Of a stretch of DNA of 44,616 bases, positions 34,148-43,977 are shown in pieces. The notes under the pieces were generated by a model, which was given only the letters and a program-made list of their open reading frames with translations, was not told where the DNA came from and did not search any database. The position numbers were made by a program, and so were the translations under genes. Numbering within the stretch: the stretch's first letter is position 1; each line of letters opens with the position of its first letter. Source of the DNA: a virus (taxonomy: Duplodnaviria > Caudoviricetes); the IMG/VR virus record IMGVR_UViG_3300043220_000052, positions 1 through 44,616 of that record, one strand, 5' to 3'.

Positions 34148-37100
34148 CCGCTTCGTCACCCCCGACCAACGCATGAGGCGTATCGAGTCCCAGACTCGCC
34201 GTGAGGTTGAACGCCAGCAAGAGTTGGCTCTGTTCGAGCAGCGCCGTACCCAGGAGATACAGGCCCAGATGGAACAGGAACAGGTAAGGGGCGCGGAGCT
34301 AGACCAAGCGCAGTCCATCAATGTCGAAATGGAGACCGAGCGGGCGCGGGGGCTAGAGCTGGATGAAAACAGGGCGCGGTTCCAACAGGTGGAGCGGCGG
34401 CAAATGGCCGAGCGACGGCAACGACAAGACATCCTTGACTTCAGAGAGGAGCAGCCGCTGGGGCTAGCAAACCTACTCAGCAACGTTATCCGCACGGGTG
34501 CACAGACAGCGGGCCTTGACCTTGTTGGCCAAGAGCTAGCCCTCCCTGAGAATCTGGGTGGAGTCACCCCGCCAACTGTTAATCTACCGCCCAGACAGCG
34601 CGACCCAGGATTCCTAGAAAAGGCGCTGGGTGTTGCAGGTACGGCAGGCCGGGTTGTTGATTTTATCACTGACCCTTCGCAGGTCATTGGGCGAGCCAGA
34701 GAGTCGCTCCAACGTCCGAGCGTTACAGGCCAACCTACACTAGAGCAGCAGAGGCGGCAGGCGCTATTCGCTACTACGACTGAGAGATTAGCCCCACCCT
34801 CTCTTGCTGAGTTACAGGAAGAGGGGGCGACGGTGAGCCGTCCCGTTGTTGATGTTGCGACAGACGTAGCCGCCGCTCCATTTAGGGGTGTCGAGTCGGC
34901 AGGGATTCCAGGCGTATCCCCCGCCGCTGGTGGGGTAGCCAATGTCATCCAGAGCCAGATTGTTGAGGATATTGGGACTGAGCTAATCAACCCCGTGAAC
35001 ATCGCCCTGGCTGCGCCGTTCGCCTTGCAAGGAACAGCGGGACTGACGGGTGGGCGGCTGGCGGCGCAGATAGCATCTAACCTGACAGCCACCGGCCTAG
35101 AGCCTGCCCTAGTGCGCGGCACCCTACGGGGCCTGACGGCCATCGGGGCACGGGGCGCTGCGGCGGCACGGGCTCTACCGAAGGCCGTCCGTGAGACGCC
35201 TATCATCCAACAGGCGCTCAAGGGCATCCGTGAAACGCCGGAGGCTGGCGGGCGGCTGGGCGATGTTCCCCCATTACGTGGCGGGGAGCCCGTCAATCCC
35301 CACATAGCGAAGGCTGACCCAGGCCCGCCGCCTCCGCCGAAGGAACCACCTCCTGCAAAGCCGCAGCCAACCCCAGATGACCCCAAGTTCGCCAGCATCC
35401 AGGAAGTAGCGATAAAGAATGAGCCCGTTGAGGAGACGTTACTCCGTCGTCACCAAGGAGCCATCGACACGTTCAAGCGCGATGCTCAAATAGAAGTCAC
35501 GGACGGGAACCAACTACTGCGTGAGGCGGAGATGGGGCAGGGCTTCCGGGGAACAATCGTACCCAGAGCGGGGCAGACAGACGAGTTTGACGAGTTGTAC
35601 CGCTTCCTCCACAACCCCAGCAAGGTGGACTCCGGCGATTTAACCGTCCCTGACAAGCTGCGTCCAATGTACGACAAATTGCGGGCTCAGACTAATTGGG
35701 AGCAGGCGGCGCGTCTGGACTTTGACCCCGAACAGGGGCTTGTGGAGGATTACTTCTTCCGTGGCTGGAAACCCCCAGAAGGGGCGTTTATTGGTGAAGC
35801 CAGGGGTCAGTTAGGGCGCAAGCCTGGGTTCAAGCTGCCGCGAGTCGATGCCACCTATGACGAAATGAGAGCGGCGGGGTTCGAGCCGTTGTTCTGGAAT
35901 CCGTTTGAGCAGCAGCGGTATTCAAGGCTGATGGGTGTCAAGTACCGGGAGCAGATGCTCCTTATCGAGGACATAAAGGTTTTGGAGTTGGCGCTGCCCC
36001 ATGACGGGGGGCCCATCCCTCAAGGCTGGCGTGTCCCCAAGGTTGGGGCTGCCTTCGAGGGTAAACCGTTCGCCATCGTGGATAACGCGGGTGACGCTCG
36101 CTCTCTGTTCACTCGTCGCTGGATTGTGCCTGAGTCGCTGGCGAACCGGCTAGAGAACGCCTATGGGGTGACACCCGACTTCGGGACGGTTAGCGCCTTC
36201 GGAATAACTGCCGACTTGAGGAAGGTGACAGACGCTCTGGTCTTCATCCCTAAGCGGGCGAAACTTATAGCCTCGGTGTTCCAGCACGTTGACTTCCTTA
36301 CCCGTTCGGGGGTTGGCTCTGTAGCAGCGTTCACCAATGCGTTAAGACACGGCCAGCCTGTCGAGGCGGTGGCCCATTTACTAAAGTGGCCTAAGAGCGC
36401 AGGAACGATCCTGCGAGCTACCGTCAGTCCCGGCTACCGCCAGAACCTCCGCCGTTTGGCTGTGGACTCCACAGACTTGTTTACAGACCGCCCTGGACTC
36501 TCAATGAGGTCTATTAGTGAGGCTGGGTTGAGCCTACAGGATGTGACTATCTTCCCCGACCTGGACAGCATTGCTAGAGAGGCGGCACGAGGTTCAAAGG
36601 TCAAAGCGGTCGTGTCACAGATTGCCGACCTAGAGAGGCTAAACCGGCAAGGGCTGTTCCAAGGAGTCTACCCCGCTGCCATTCTGACGGACGTAAAGAA
36701 CAACATCGCGCCCATGATAGTCCACAACTACCCCAACGAGACCGCCGCGCAATTATCGGGCCGGATCGCCAAGATTGCAAACATCAAATACTCCACTATC
36801 CCTGGCTCTCAGAGTGTTGTCCAGAACCGCTTTATGCGTAATCTCCTCACCCGATTCTTCTTCAGCATGGGCGAGCAAGAGGGTCTCTTGAGGGCGTTCA
36901 CGGGAGCGGTCAAGGGAGAGAACGCAGCCTTCTGGCGAGAGCATTGGGTAGGGGCTTACCTCGGCCTCATGGGGGTTGCGAACGTCATCCACTTCGCCTC
37001 GACCGGAGAGCCGTTGCCTATATCCAGGTACGCGCCTCTCTCAGCGAACAAGTGGGGGCCGCTACCGTTCGGTTACAACAGAGACTTCGCGGCACCTAAC

Positions 37101-38450
37101 ATCCCCTTAACGGGTCGGTCGGGCACGGAGGTAACGATGGACTTGGTGGGGCAGCTCGACACTGCCTTCCGATTGCTGGACCCAGCGAGTTTCCTGACTT
37201 CCCGTGTCAGCGTCCCCCTCCGAACGGGGTTAAATCAACTCAAGGAAGAGGACTTCTTTGGTGCTCCTATCGACAATGTAGGCCCAGCGGGGGTTATCTC
37301 CCGCACCTCCCAGCTCATCTTCGACACGTTTGCCCCCATCGGTTTTGGGCAGGCAGCGTTGCAGCTCGCCCGTGACAACATATCGGGCGCGGAGAAGGTC
37401 ATTCAGCCAGGAGAAGCTAGGCTCGGAACACAGGGGACGTTGGCGCAGGCTACGGGTATAAATCTACGAGCCGAAACTACCCCCCAACTCCTGCGGAGAA
37501 TCCGTGGCGAGGTGATGAGAGAGCTGAAAATCAAAGAGGCCTACGACAAGTTACCTAAGACGACGAAGGCAGACGTGGATGACGAGGTGGAGAAAAGGAT
37601 AGGCGAGGAGTTAGCGCTTCGAGGAGAGACGGCAGAACTAAGGGGGCAGGTCACTCCGCAGACTGAGTTCTTCAACGAAACAAAAGCCTCCCGTGCCCGC
37701 CAAGAACAAGAGCAACTAGAGGCCGATGCCCAGTTCACCTCTAACGCTTGGACGGCTGGAGTTTGGCGCAGCGACTTCACCGACCGGAATCGAGCCTTCT
37801 TCAACCAACGCGAGGGGATGAAGCAGTTTGCCGAGATTGAGTTCGAGGATCATCCAGCAGAGAACAAGATAGACGCCGCCATTGACGCCTACTTCGACGT
37901 GAATGTGGACGACTACAAACTAGGCGACGGCACCACGGATTGGAGTGGGTTCTTCGACGCCCAAGACGCCGCGCTCGCTCCGCTTTCCCCCTCCGAGAAG
38001 CGCGATGTTCTGGCGAAAGTCATCCACAAGTTCGACACCCCGACAGTCGTGGAGTTCCGCAGGGCGCAAAGCCTGTTGGATGATGCCCCGGAGAGATTCG
38101 TTGGTATTAGCCGAGATGAGGAGAGGGAGGCGTCTGACTTCCGCGAGTTAGTGGATCAATCACGAGACCGTCTTTCCGTCCGTGGCTTAGACCCTGGCGA
38201 CTCTACCATTGAACAATACCTGGCTGTCGCTCAGGATAACGGGGTTGCGCCAAGTATGGCTTATCGAGCTTTCGCGCTGCGGCCTAATAGTGAAGGGGCT
38301 GACAAACTCCGCAACGTCAGATACACCGAGTTCCTAGCTGATAACGCAAGGCTTCTAGTGACCTTCTTCCCTGAACTCTATGGCTCTCGCCGAATGTTGC
38401 CTTTGGTGCCCCCCGACCTTCAAGAGCGCGTGATAACGTCTGTGAGGTAG
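34137..38450 (+). CDS. large internal virion / DNA-ejection-type protein (~1437 aa)
   Basis: Coiled-coil N-terminus, A/G-rich hydrophobic stretch, helical body; no tape-measure context. Confidence 0.6.
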   Translation: MAYSRFVTPDQRMRRIESQTRREVERQQELALFEQRRTQEIQAQMEQEQVRGAELDQAQSINVEMETERARGLELDENRARFQQVERRQMAERRQRQDILDFREEQPLGLANLLSNVIRTGAQTAGLDLVGQELALPENLGGVTPPTVNLPPRQRDPGFLEKALGVAGTAGRVVDFITDPSQVIGRARESLQRPSVTGQPTLEQQRRQALFATTTERLAPPSLAELQEEGATVSRPVVDVATDVAAAPFRGVESAGIPGVSPAAGGVANVIQSQIVEDIGTELINPVNIALAAPFALQGTAGLTGGRLAAQIASNLTATGLEPALVRGTLRGLTAIGARGAAAARALPKAVRETPIIQQALKGIRETPEAGGRLGDVPPLRGGEPVNPHIAKADPGPPPPPKEPPPAKPQPTPDDPKFASIQEVAIKNEPVEETLLRRHQGAIDTFKRDAQIEVTDGNQLLREAEMGQGFRGTIVPRAGQTDEFDELYRFLHNPSKVDSGDLTVPDKLRPMYDKLRAQTNWEQAARLDFDPEQGLVEDYFFRGWKPPEGAFIGEARGQLGRKPGFKLPRVDATYDEMRAAGFEPLFWNPFEQQRYSRLMGVKYREQMLLIEDIKVLELALPHDGGPIPQGWRVPKVGAAFEGKPFAIVDNAGDARSLFTRRWIVPESLANRLENAYGVTPDFGTVSAFGITADLRKVTDALVFIPKRAKLIASVFQHVDFLTRSGVGSVAAFTNALRHGQPVEAVAHLLKWPKSAGTILRATVSPGYRQNLRRLAVDSTDLFTDRPGLSMRSISEAGLSLQDVTIFPDLDSIAREAARGSKVKAVVSQIADLERLNRQGLFQGVYPAAILTDVKNNIAPMIVHNYPNETAAQLSGRIAKIANIKYSTIPGSQSVVQNRFMRNLLTRFFFSMGEQEGLLRAFTGAVKGENAAFWREHWVGAYLGLMGVANVIHFASTGEPLPISRYAPLSANKWGPLPFGYNRDFAAPNIPLTGRSGTEVTMDLVGQLDTAFRLLDPASFLTSRVSVPLRTGLNQLKEEDFFGAPIDNVGPAGVISRTSQLIFDTFAPIGFGQAALQLARDNISGAEKVIQPGEARLGTQGTLAQATGINLRAETTPQLLRRIRGEVMRELKIKEAYDKLPKTTKADVDDEVEKRIGEELALRGETAELRGQVTPQTEFFNETKASRARQEQEQLEADAQFTSNAWTAGVWRSDFTDRNRAFFNQREGMKQFAEIEFEDHPAENKIDAAIDAYFDVNVDDYKLGDGTTDWSGFFDAQDAALAPLSPSEKRDVLAKVIHKFDTPTVVEFRRAQSLLDDAPERFVGISRDEEREASDFRELVDQSRDRLSVRGLDPGDSTIEQYLAVAQDNGVAPSMAYRAFALRPNSEGADKLRNVRYTEFLADNARLLVTFFPELYGSRRMLPLVPPDLQERVITSVR

Positions 38451-40304
38451 ATGATGGGACTGTATGAAGACTGTATAGCGTCGGGTGAGTCGCCCGCATT
38501 GTGCGCCGCCACCTTTGGCGGGCCTAGCGGCGGCGACACCAAGGCGACTCTTATTGGGGCCGAACTCTTTTCCCCTGACCGGCAGTTTGCTGGAGTGCTG
38601 GTTAAAGACCCACTCGCCCCTGTCCAAGCCAAGCCTGGTGAGACAATAGACCGCCTGCTCGCCCGCCGTCGGGCAAATCCAGGAGGTATAGTTCAGAAAG
38701 GGCTCTTTCTCCAGACGGACAAGGGACTCATCCCCTTTACAGGAGGGTCATTTCTGACCTCCTTCAACGAGGGAGTTACGCTGTCTGCCACGGGAAGTAT
38801 AACTACCAGTCGTGACCTTCCGCTCACCAGCGCCACTGGTGCTGCCCCATCCTTCACCTCCACACAGGCAGGGCTACAGCAGCAATTCCAGAACGATCAG
38901 GCCCTACTAACTCAGCGGCACGAGAACGATCTAGCGCAGCTCAATGCCCAGCTAGCCAGCGCCCAAGGAATAAACCGAGCCAACATCCAGGCAAACATCG
39001 ACCTGGAGAACCTACGCCACGAGAACGACCTCGCGGAGATGGCTCTACAGTTCGAGAACCAGCTAAAGCAGACCACCCTTGGCGAGATCGGGGCCACGAC
39101 CAGGACGCTCATTCAGGAGAGGGGCCAAGAGAGGGCAAGGCAGACAGAGTTGGCAGGCAGGGACATCTTCAAGTTCACGGCCAATCTCAGAGGACGTTCC
39201 GCTGGCACCGCTCCAACTCCTGTTGATGTGTTCAAGCAGCAAGGGGCTGAGTTCGTCAACCGACCCCTACCCCAGGTTGACCCGAACGCTCCTCTTTCAG
39301 AGTTGCAGGCCGGACTGAGCGCCCTACAGAAGCTAGAAGCCCCACAGGGACAGGGGATATTCGGGTTAGCGCACGGCGGGACTGTTACTGCTCCGGGGCA
39401 GATAGCTCCGCTCGAAATGCAGCGTGGTTCAGACGGAGCGTTTTCGCTCACGCCTGCCATCGTGGGAGACGATGGGCCTGAACTAGCGCTACTCCCTCCT
39501 GGGGCCAAGATTATCCCACTCTCCAAGCTGCAAGGAATGGATTTGAGCAGCATACCAAGAGCCCAGGGCGGGCTGGACATCCCCAACCTAAACCTCGGCG
39601 GCTTCCCTGACTTGCTAGACTTCCTGAGACGGAGTACGGGCTTAACAGCCCCATCCTTCTTCGACACGCCTGGCAACACCCGCATCGACGTACGTGCCCC
39701 ACTATTACGGCAGGATGCAGCGCGTCTAGGGGCCTTCCAGAGAGCGCCAGGGTCGCTACTTGTGGGCGCGGAGAACTTCGGCCAGCCAAGATCGGGGCCG
39801 GTGTTCGTGGTGGACGAAAGTGGGAGGATTAGGCCCTTCACCAACAACCCCATTTTCCAGCGATCCGGTTTCCGTGGCGAGGACGTGCAGACGATTCCCT
39901 TCCACCAGCTCTCTCGTTTCCAGAGGGGGCCTGCTATCTCGAATCAGCCGTTCAGCCTCCCAGAGCCTGGGCCTGGGCCGCTACCGGAGTTCCAGACGTT
40001 CGGTGAGCCGCTGAACACCCTACCAGGGCTTCTTGATCTTGCGCGGTTCAACCCCGACTTCTCGGAAGCGGACGCGTCGAGCATGGCGAATCGGATCGGG
40101 TTCCTCCCAGCACCGGCAAAGATAGCCCGTCAGATCGGGATAGGCGGGGCGAACCTGGACGATCAGGAGATTCAGGGGTTGCTGTCGCTGTACGGGCTGG
40201 CGAACATTGACCTAAATACATTCTTCCGACAGATAGAGGCCGCGACCCCAACGGGTCGCCTTGGCAGGCCACAACGCATCGGGTTTACGGGGGCGCGATT
40301 GTAG
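38451..40304 (+). CDS. putative internal virion/ejection protein
   Basis: Q-rich coiled coil, AHGG...IVGDDGPEL motif. Confidence 0.55.
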   Translation: MMGLYEDCIASGESPALCAATFGGPSGGDTKATLIGAELFSPDRQFAGVLVKDPLAPVQAKPGETIDRLLARRRANPGGIVQKGLFLQTDKGLIPFTGGSFLTSFNEGVTLSATGSITTSRDLPLTSATGAAPSFTSTQAGLQQQFQNDQALLTQRHENDLAQLNAQLASAQGINRANIQANIDLENLRHENDLAEMALQFENQLKQTTLGEIGATTRTLIQERGQERARQTELAGRDIFKFTANLRGRSAGTAPTPVDVFKQQGAEFVNRPLPQVDPNAPLSELQAGLSALQKLEAPQGQGIFGLAHGGTVTAPGQIAPLEMQRGSDGAFSLTPAIVGDDGPELALLPPGAKIIPLSKLQGMDLSSIPRAQGGLDIPNLNLGGFPDLLDFLRRSTGLTAPSFFDTPGNTRIDVRAPLLRQDAARLGAFQRAPGSLLVGAENFGQPRSGPVFVVDESGRIRPFTNNPIFQRSGFRGEDVQTIPFHQLSRFQRGPAISNQPFSLPEPGPGPLPEFQTFGEPLNTLPGLLDLARFNPDFSEADASSMANRIGFLPAPAKIARQIGIGGANLDDQEIQGLLSLYGLANIDLNTFFRQIEAATPTGRLGRPQRIGFTGARL

Positions 40305-40326
40305 TCCCATTCCAACATGGTGCGTA

Positions 40327-40391
40327 AACAGCAAAGCCGCCCCGAAGGGCGGCCTGCCTGTGTCGCCTGTGTACCCCTACAAAGGAACACT
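40327..40391 (-). ncRNA. putative ~65-nt small RNA with cUUCGg terminator
   Basis: Minus-strand TGTG-G-TATACT (40408-40398) upstream, and GCCGCCC-TTCG-GGGCGGC-TTTG at the 3' end. Confidence 0.5.
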
Positions 40392-40417
40392 GAGGACAGT
40401 ATACCACATCGAACGAT

Positions 40418-40441
40418 GCCGCCTGAGATGGCGGCTTTTTG
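40418..40441 (+). terminator. intrinsic terminator-like hairpin
   Basis: GCCGCC-tgagat-GGCGGC-TTTTTG. Confidence 0.65.
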
Positions 40442-40455
40442 TATAGGAGGACTAC

Positions 40456-41232
40456 ATGGACACGGAAACGACGCTACCGTCTCCGACTGAGGCCGTAGAA
40501 GCTCCGCCGACCGAAAAGGCCGAGGAGCCACAGACGACTGAGGCCGTAGAAGAAGCGCCAGCCGAAAAGACGCCTCCCGCGTGGGCAACGGTTGAAGACC
40601 CCTACGACGTGATTGAACTAGACGACTTTAAGCCCATCCTTGAGCGCCGCTCTGGACTGATAGAGGAGCGTTTGAGGGAGGACTACGAGGGCCGTTTAGT
40701 GGCAGCTACGAAGAACTGGGAGTCTACCAACACCCACAGCACCCTCTCAGGCATCGTGGGCAACCTGACGGAACAACTAGAGGCGAGCAATCTTGAAGGG
40801 GCAGAGAAAGCCATCACGCGGTTAGAGAAGTTCCGCGAGCCCTACATGGAGGCGCACGAAAGAGACCTCCAGGGCAAGGGGGCGACCGCGATGGCGAACC
40901 AGTCCCTCCGCGACATGCTCAACCTCTTGGACGTTCGCAGCCAGGAAACCCTATACGACCTGGCTAGGAAGACGAACGGAAGTTGGGAGCCCGTGTTCAA
41001 GAAGTTTCTCGAACTCGGCGGCAAGAAGGACTTCGAGCGTGGCCTCAAGGAGAACCGAGACGCCGCCGCTGAGAGAGAGAAGCTAGAAGCTCGCAAGGGC
41101 AAGGGGGCGAACCTGACCCCTGGCAGCCCGGCGGGCGGAACGAAAGACGACAACACACTTCTCCTTGACCCCGATACACCGATGGAGAAGGTCAGGGAGA
41201 TTAGGGCTCGCCAGAAATTGGCGGGCGGATAG
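40456..41232 (+). CDS. capsid scaffolding protein
   Basis: Acidic P/E/T-rich N-terminus, helical, directly upstream of the MCP. Confidence 0.7.
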   Translation: MDTETTLPSPTEAVEAPPTEKAEEPQTTEAVEEAPAEKTPPAWATVEDPYDVIELDDFKPILERRSGLIEERLREDYEGRLVAATKNWESTNTHSTLSGIVGNLTEQLEASNLEGAEKAITRLEKFREPYMEAHERDLQGKGATAMANQSLRDMLNLLDVRSQETLYDLARKTNGSWEPVFKKFLELGGKKDFERGLKENRDAAAEREKLEARKGKGANLTPGSPAGGTKDDNTLLLDPDTPMEKVREIRARQKLAGG

Positions 41233-41242
41233 GAGATAAATC

Positions 41243-42130
41243 ATGGCTTCAGGTGAAACGAGTACAGGGTCTCTAAGCGATGCCCTGCCGTCGATCATTG
41301 CTGATGCCCGCATCGTGAAGGAGTTTCAGGGCACCTGGATGCGGACGACTGATATTCGCAGGCAGAGGCCAGGCACCGGCCTGAGCTGGCAGGAGTTTGC
41401 GCTTAGTCAGGTCGCGGCACAGGACATCACGGAGACCGAGACCAACCGGAACTTCCAGCAGCTCCAGGGCACGTTGTTCAGCATCGAGCCCACGATGAGT
41501 CAGATCATCATTAAGATCACGGACAGAACCTTCCGTAAGATCGCTGCCGTGGTCACGGGCAAATTCGGGAGCTTGGCTGGTAACGCGATGGCCCGTAAGG
41601 ATGACGAGGACTACCTAGCCCTGTTCTCAACCTTCGCCACGACCGCTTCGCCAGGTGCGGGAAACCCCCTGTCTTTCGGCCACATCGCGGCAGCGAAGAG
41701 TAACGTCACGTCCAACACGACGGAGCCGAGCATGGCGGAGGTATTCGCCATCCTGCACGGCTTTGCCATAAAGGATATTCAGGATGAAGTGCTGGCTGGC
41801 GTCGGCACCTACACCATCCCCGAAGGGTTGACTCAGGATACCTTCAAGATGGGTTTTGCGGGCACAGTTGCTGGGGCCAATGTCTTCGAGGACGGGAATA
41901 TCACCATTGATGGTAGCTCCGATGCAAATGGTGCCTGTCACTCCCGCGAGGGTGTGGTGGCTGCTGTCGGTATGGAGATCAAGAAGGAGACGGATCGTGA
42001 CCTCCATTTCGGTGGTGGTGCAGACGTGATTTCAATGGTCAGCGAGATCGCCTTTGCGGAACGCAAGTCAGGTACTACTCAAGTCTGGGCGTACCTGCTA
42101 AAGTCAGACGCGACTGCTCCGACTTCGTAG
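41243..42130 (+). CDS. major capsid protein (HK97 fold)
   Basis: 295 aa after the scaffold; ITDR...AGNAMARK.D.D.L, ILH...DI and G.VAG.NVFED.NI patterns. Confidence 0.85.
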   Translation: MASGETSTGSLSDALPSIIADARIVKEFQGTWMRTTDIRRQRPGTGLSWQEFALSQVAAQDITETETNRNFQQLQGTLFSIEPTMSQIIIKITDRTFRKIAAVVTGKFGSLAGNAMARKDDEDYLALFSTFATTASPGAGNPLSFGHIAAAKSNVTSNTTEPSMAEVFAILHGFAIKDIQDEVLAGVGTYTIPEGLTQDTFKMGFAGTVAGANVFEDGNITIDGSSDANGACHSREGVVAAVGMEIKKETDRDLHFGGGADVISMVSEIAFAERKSGTTQVWAYLLKSDATAPTS

Positions 42131-42156
42131 ATGACGCGACTGCTCCGACCAACTAA
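42107..42156 (+). repeat. 17-bp tandem duplication of the MCP 3' end
   Basis: GACGCGACTGCTCCGAC at 42107-42123 and 42133-42149. Confidence 0.9.
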
Positions 42157-42175
42157 ATATCGCGTGGAACCCAGC

Positions 42176-42198
42176 AGCCCGCTTTAGGCGGGCTTTCT
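42176..42198 (+). terminator. terminator after the MCP
   Basis: AGCCCGC-tttag-GCGGGCT-TTCT. Confidence 0.6.
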
Positions 42199-42246
42199 AC
42201 ATATCCAGGGTAGTCACTGTAGCTCTGGGATGAATAAGGAGAAGAA

Positions 42247-42999
42247 ATGGCACAATCAGGCCCAGGAAAAATCAGGCTATTCGACGACTTCACCGGCCCA
42301 GAGTATCCAGTTGCCAACACTGGCGCTGTTGATGCTGATACCTTCGAGGGTCAGTCCATCGGCCCCTTCAAGATTCTAGGCGACTTGGCCGAGACTGACA
42401 CGGGTGTAGTGGCCTTGGGAGTTGTCAACGGGGCTGTGCGGATTAGTGGCAACGACGAGGATGGTAAAGGCGTAGCCCTCACGACCGACCTCATTTTCCA
42501 GCCTTCCCTCAACGCACCCATGATTATTGAGGCTAGGGTTAACATGCGGGCTCTCACCACGAGGAACATTTTCGTCGGCTTTTGCGGTACGCGGGCAGAT
42601 GACATAGCTCCACCTCTGACCTCGGCTACGACCACTCACACCCTTTCAGCGTCTGACCTAGCTGGGATTCACATGGACAGTGGGTTAGACGCAGGAACGA
42701 CGTGGCACTCGGTCTACAACGGTGGGACGCGGACGGGGCAGACTGACTCCACTGAGACTGTCACATCCCCGGCCATCCTCCCCGTTGCGGGCGAGTACGA
42801 CGTGTTGCGGGTTGAGGTGTTCGTCAATGGGACGGTGGAATACTTCATCAACGGTAACCGTGTTGACAAGATCACCAATGCCGTCTCCACGACCACGCTT
42901 CAGGCCGCTATGGTCGGCTGTTGGGGCACTACCGGCACCGTAGCGGACATCGACGCGGACTACATACTGGTCGAGGCAAACAGAGATTGGACTCGATAG
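42247..42999 (+). CDS. putative capsid decoration protein, concanavalin-A/lectin-like fold
   Basis: FDDF N-terminal motif; Y.VLRVEV..G.VEYFING and DIDADYI C-terminal motifs; follows the MCP. Confidence 0.65.
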   Translation: MAQSGPGKIRLFDDFTGPEYPVANTGAVDADTFEGQSIGPFKILGDLAETDTGVVALGVVNGAVRISGNDEDGKGVALTTDLIFQPSLNAPMIIEARVNMRALTTRNIFVGFCGTRADDIAPPLTSATTTHTLSASDLAGIHMDSGLDAGTTWHSVYNGGTRTGQTDSTETVTSPAILPVAGEYDVLRVEVFVNGTVEYFINGNRVDKITNAVSTTTLQAAMVGCWGTTGTVADIDADYILVEANRDWTR

Positions 43000-43075
43000 T
43001 CAGCTTCTGGGGGTCGGGCCGGAAATCGGCCCCCACCTTTATTAAGTGCTGACTTTCAGCTAAAGGAGGGAAGAA

Positions 43076-43687
43076 ATGGCACGAAGAGGAGCCTCAAGCA
43101 TACATAGAGGCTGGTTCTACAACTGGGGTAGGAAAATGGCATCCCAGGCCGCAGGTCAGGCCCGCCTGCAAGTATACAAGGATGGCACGGAGGTCATGTC
43201 GTTTGATGACGACGGGACGGACACCTCCGGTGACACCAATGGCCCCCAGACTAAGATCAACCAATCGGTAACGACCACGGGGGACGTGACTGGGCTTCTG
43301 ACCAGCCCGCGTGTTGCATCCAGCGTGGACGCCGCCAGCGTCACCGCCTTTAAGGCAGAGCCGATGATGAAGGGGACTAACTCACTGTCTGGCGACTACC
43401 GCGCCATTGAGATCAACCTGGACGACACCGGCACCAACACCATTGCTGGCGACGCGGTAGCGTTCCGTATATTCTCGCAGCTCAACGTCAACCCTAGTGG
43501 TGACTTTGCCGTGATGGAGGTTGAGGCACAGGGCGACACTGGCACGTGGGACTACTTCCTGAAGCTCCCCAACGATACATCTATGGCTTGGAGTGCGCTG
43601 ACTACCGCCACTCAGTCGGGGAATGTCAAGGTCAAGGTCGGCAGCGCTACCCGCTACATTGCGCTCTACACGAAGGCTCCCTCATAG
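43076..43687 (+). CDS. putative virion fibre/decoration protein
   Basis: AAAGGAGG RBS; ends G.VKVKVG..TRYIALY (fibre-tip-like). Confidence 0.6.
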   Translation: MARRGASSIHRGWFYNWGRKMASQAAGQARLQVYKDGTEVMSFDDDGTDTSGDTNGPQTKINQSVTTTGDVTGLLTSPRVASSVDAASVTAFKAEPMMKGTNSLSGDYRAIEINLDDTGTNTIAGDAVAFRIFSQLNVNPSGDFAVMEVEAQGDTGTWDYFLKLPNDTSMAWSALTTATQSGNVKVKVGSATRYIALYTKAPS

Positions 43688-43695
43688 GAGGCGAC

Positions 43696-43977
43696 ATGGA
43701 TACAAATGCTACAGGACACATCAAGGTTTCAGAGGGCCTGAAGACTAAGGGGGTTATCGCGAAAGATGCCCCGAAGATCGTCCAAGTTGTCTGCTTGGAG
43801 ACCTGTGTGATTCAGGACGCCCTGAATCCCATGAGCACTCTTGAGTTCGAGGAGGACTACAAATACTCTATGACCCCTCCCGAAGCGGAGACGCTGATCC
43901 AGACAGGCAAGTTTCACGCATGGAATGTAGGACGATGGCGGATACCAGGGAAAAGCAGAGACTCGAAGCGCGCCTAG
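43696..43977 (+). CDS. hypothetical protein
   Basis: AGGAGG RBS before ATG 43696. Confidence 0.6.
   Translation: MDTNATGHIKVSEGLKTKGVIAKDAPKIVQVVCLETCVIQDALNPMSTLEFEEDYKYSMTPPEAETLIQTGKFHAWNVGRWRIPGKSRDSKRA

Noticed and set aside
34001-35398. 465-aa minus-strand ORF (also 39113-39853, 16884-17582, 24133-24672)
   Set aside because: Antisense shadows of real GC-rich genes, with S/R/P/A-rich composition and no RBS.
40484-40552. 18-bp repeat CGACTGAGGCCGTAGAAG in the scaffold gene (also CCGTTCCCG repeats near 14981-15034)
   Set aside because: In-frame duplications in disordered protein linkers; ordinary.
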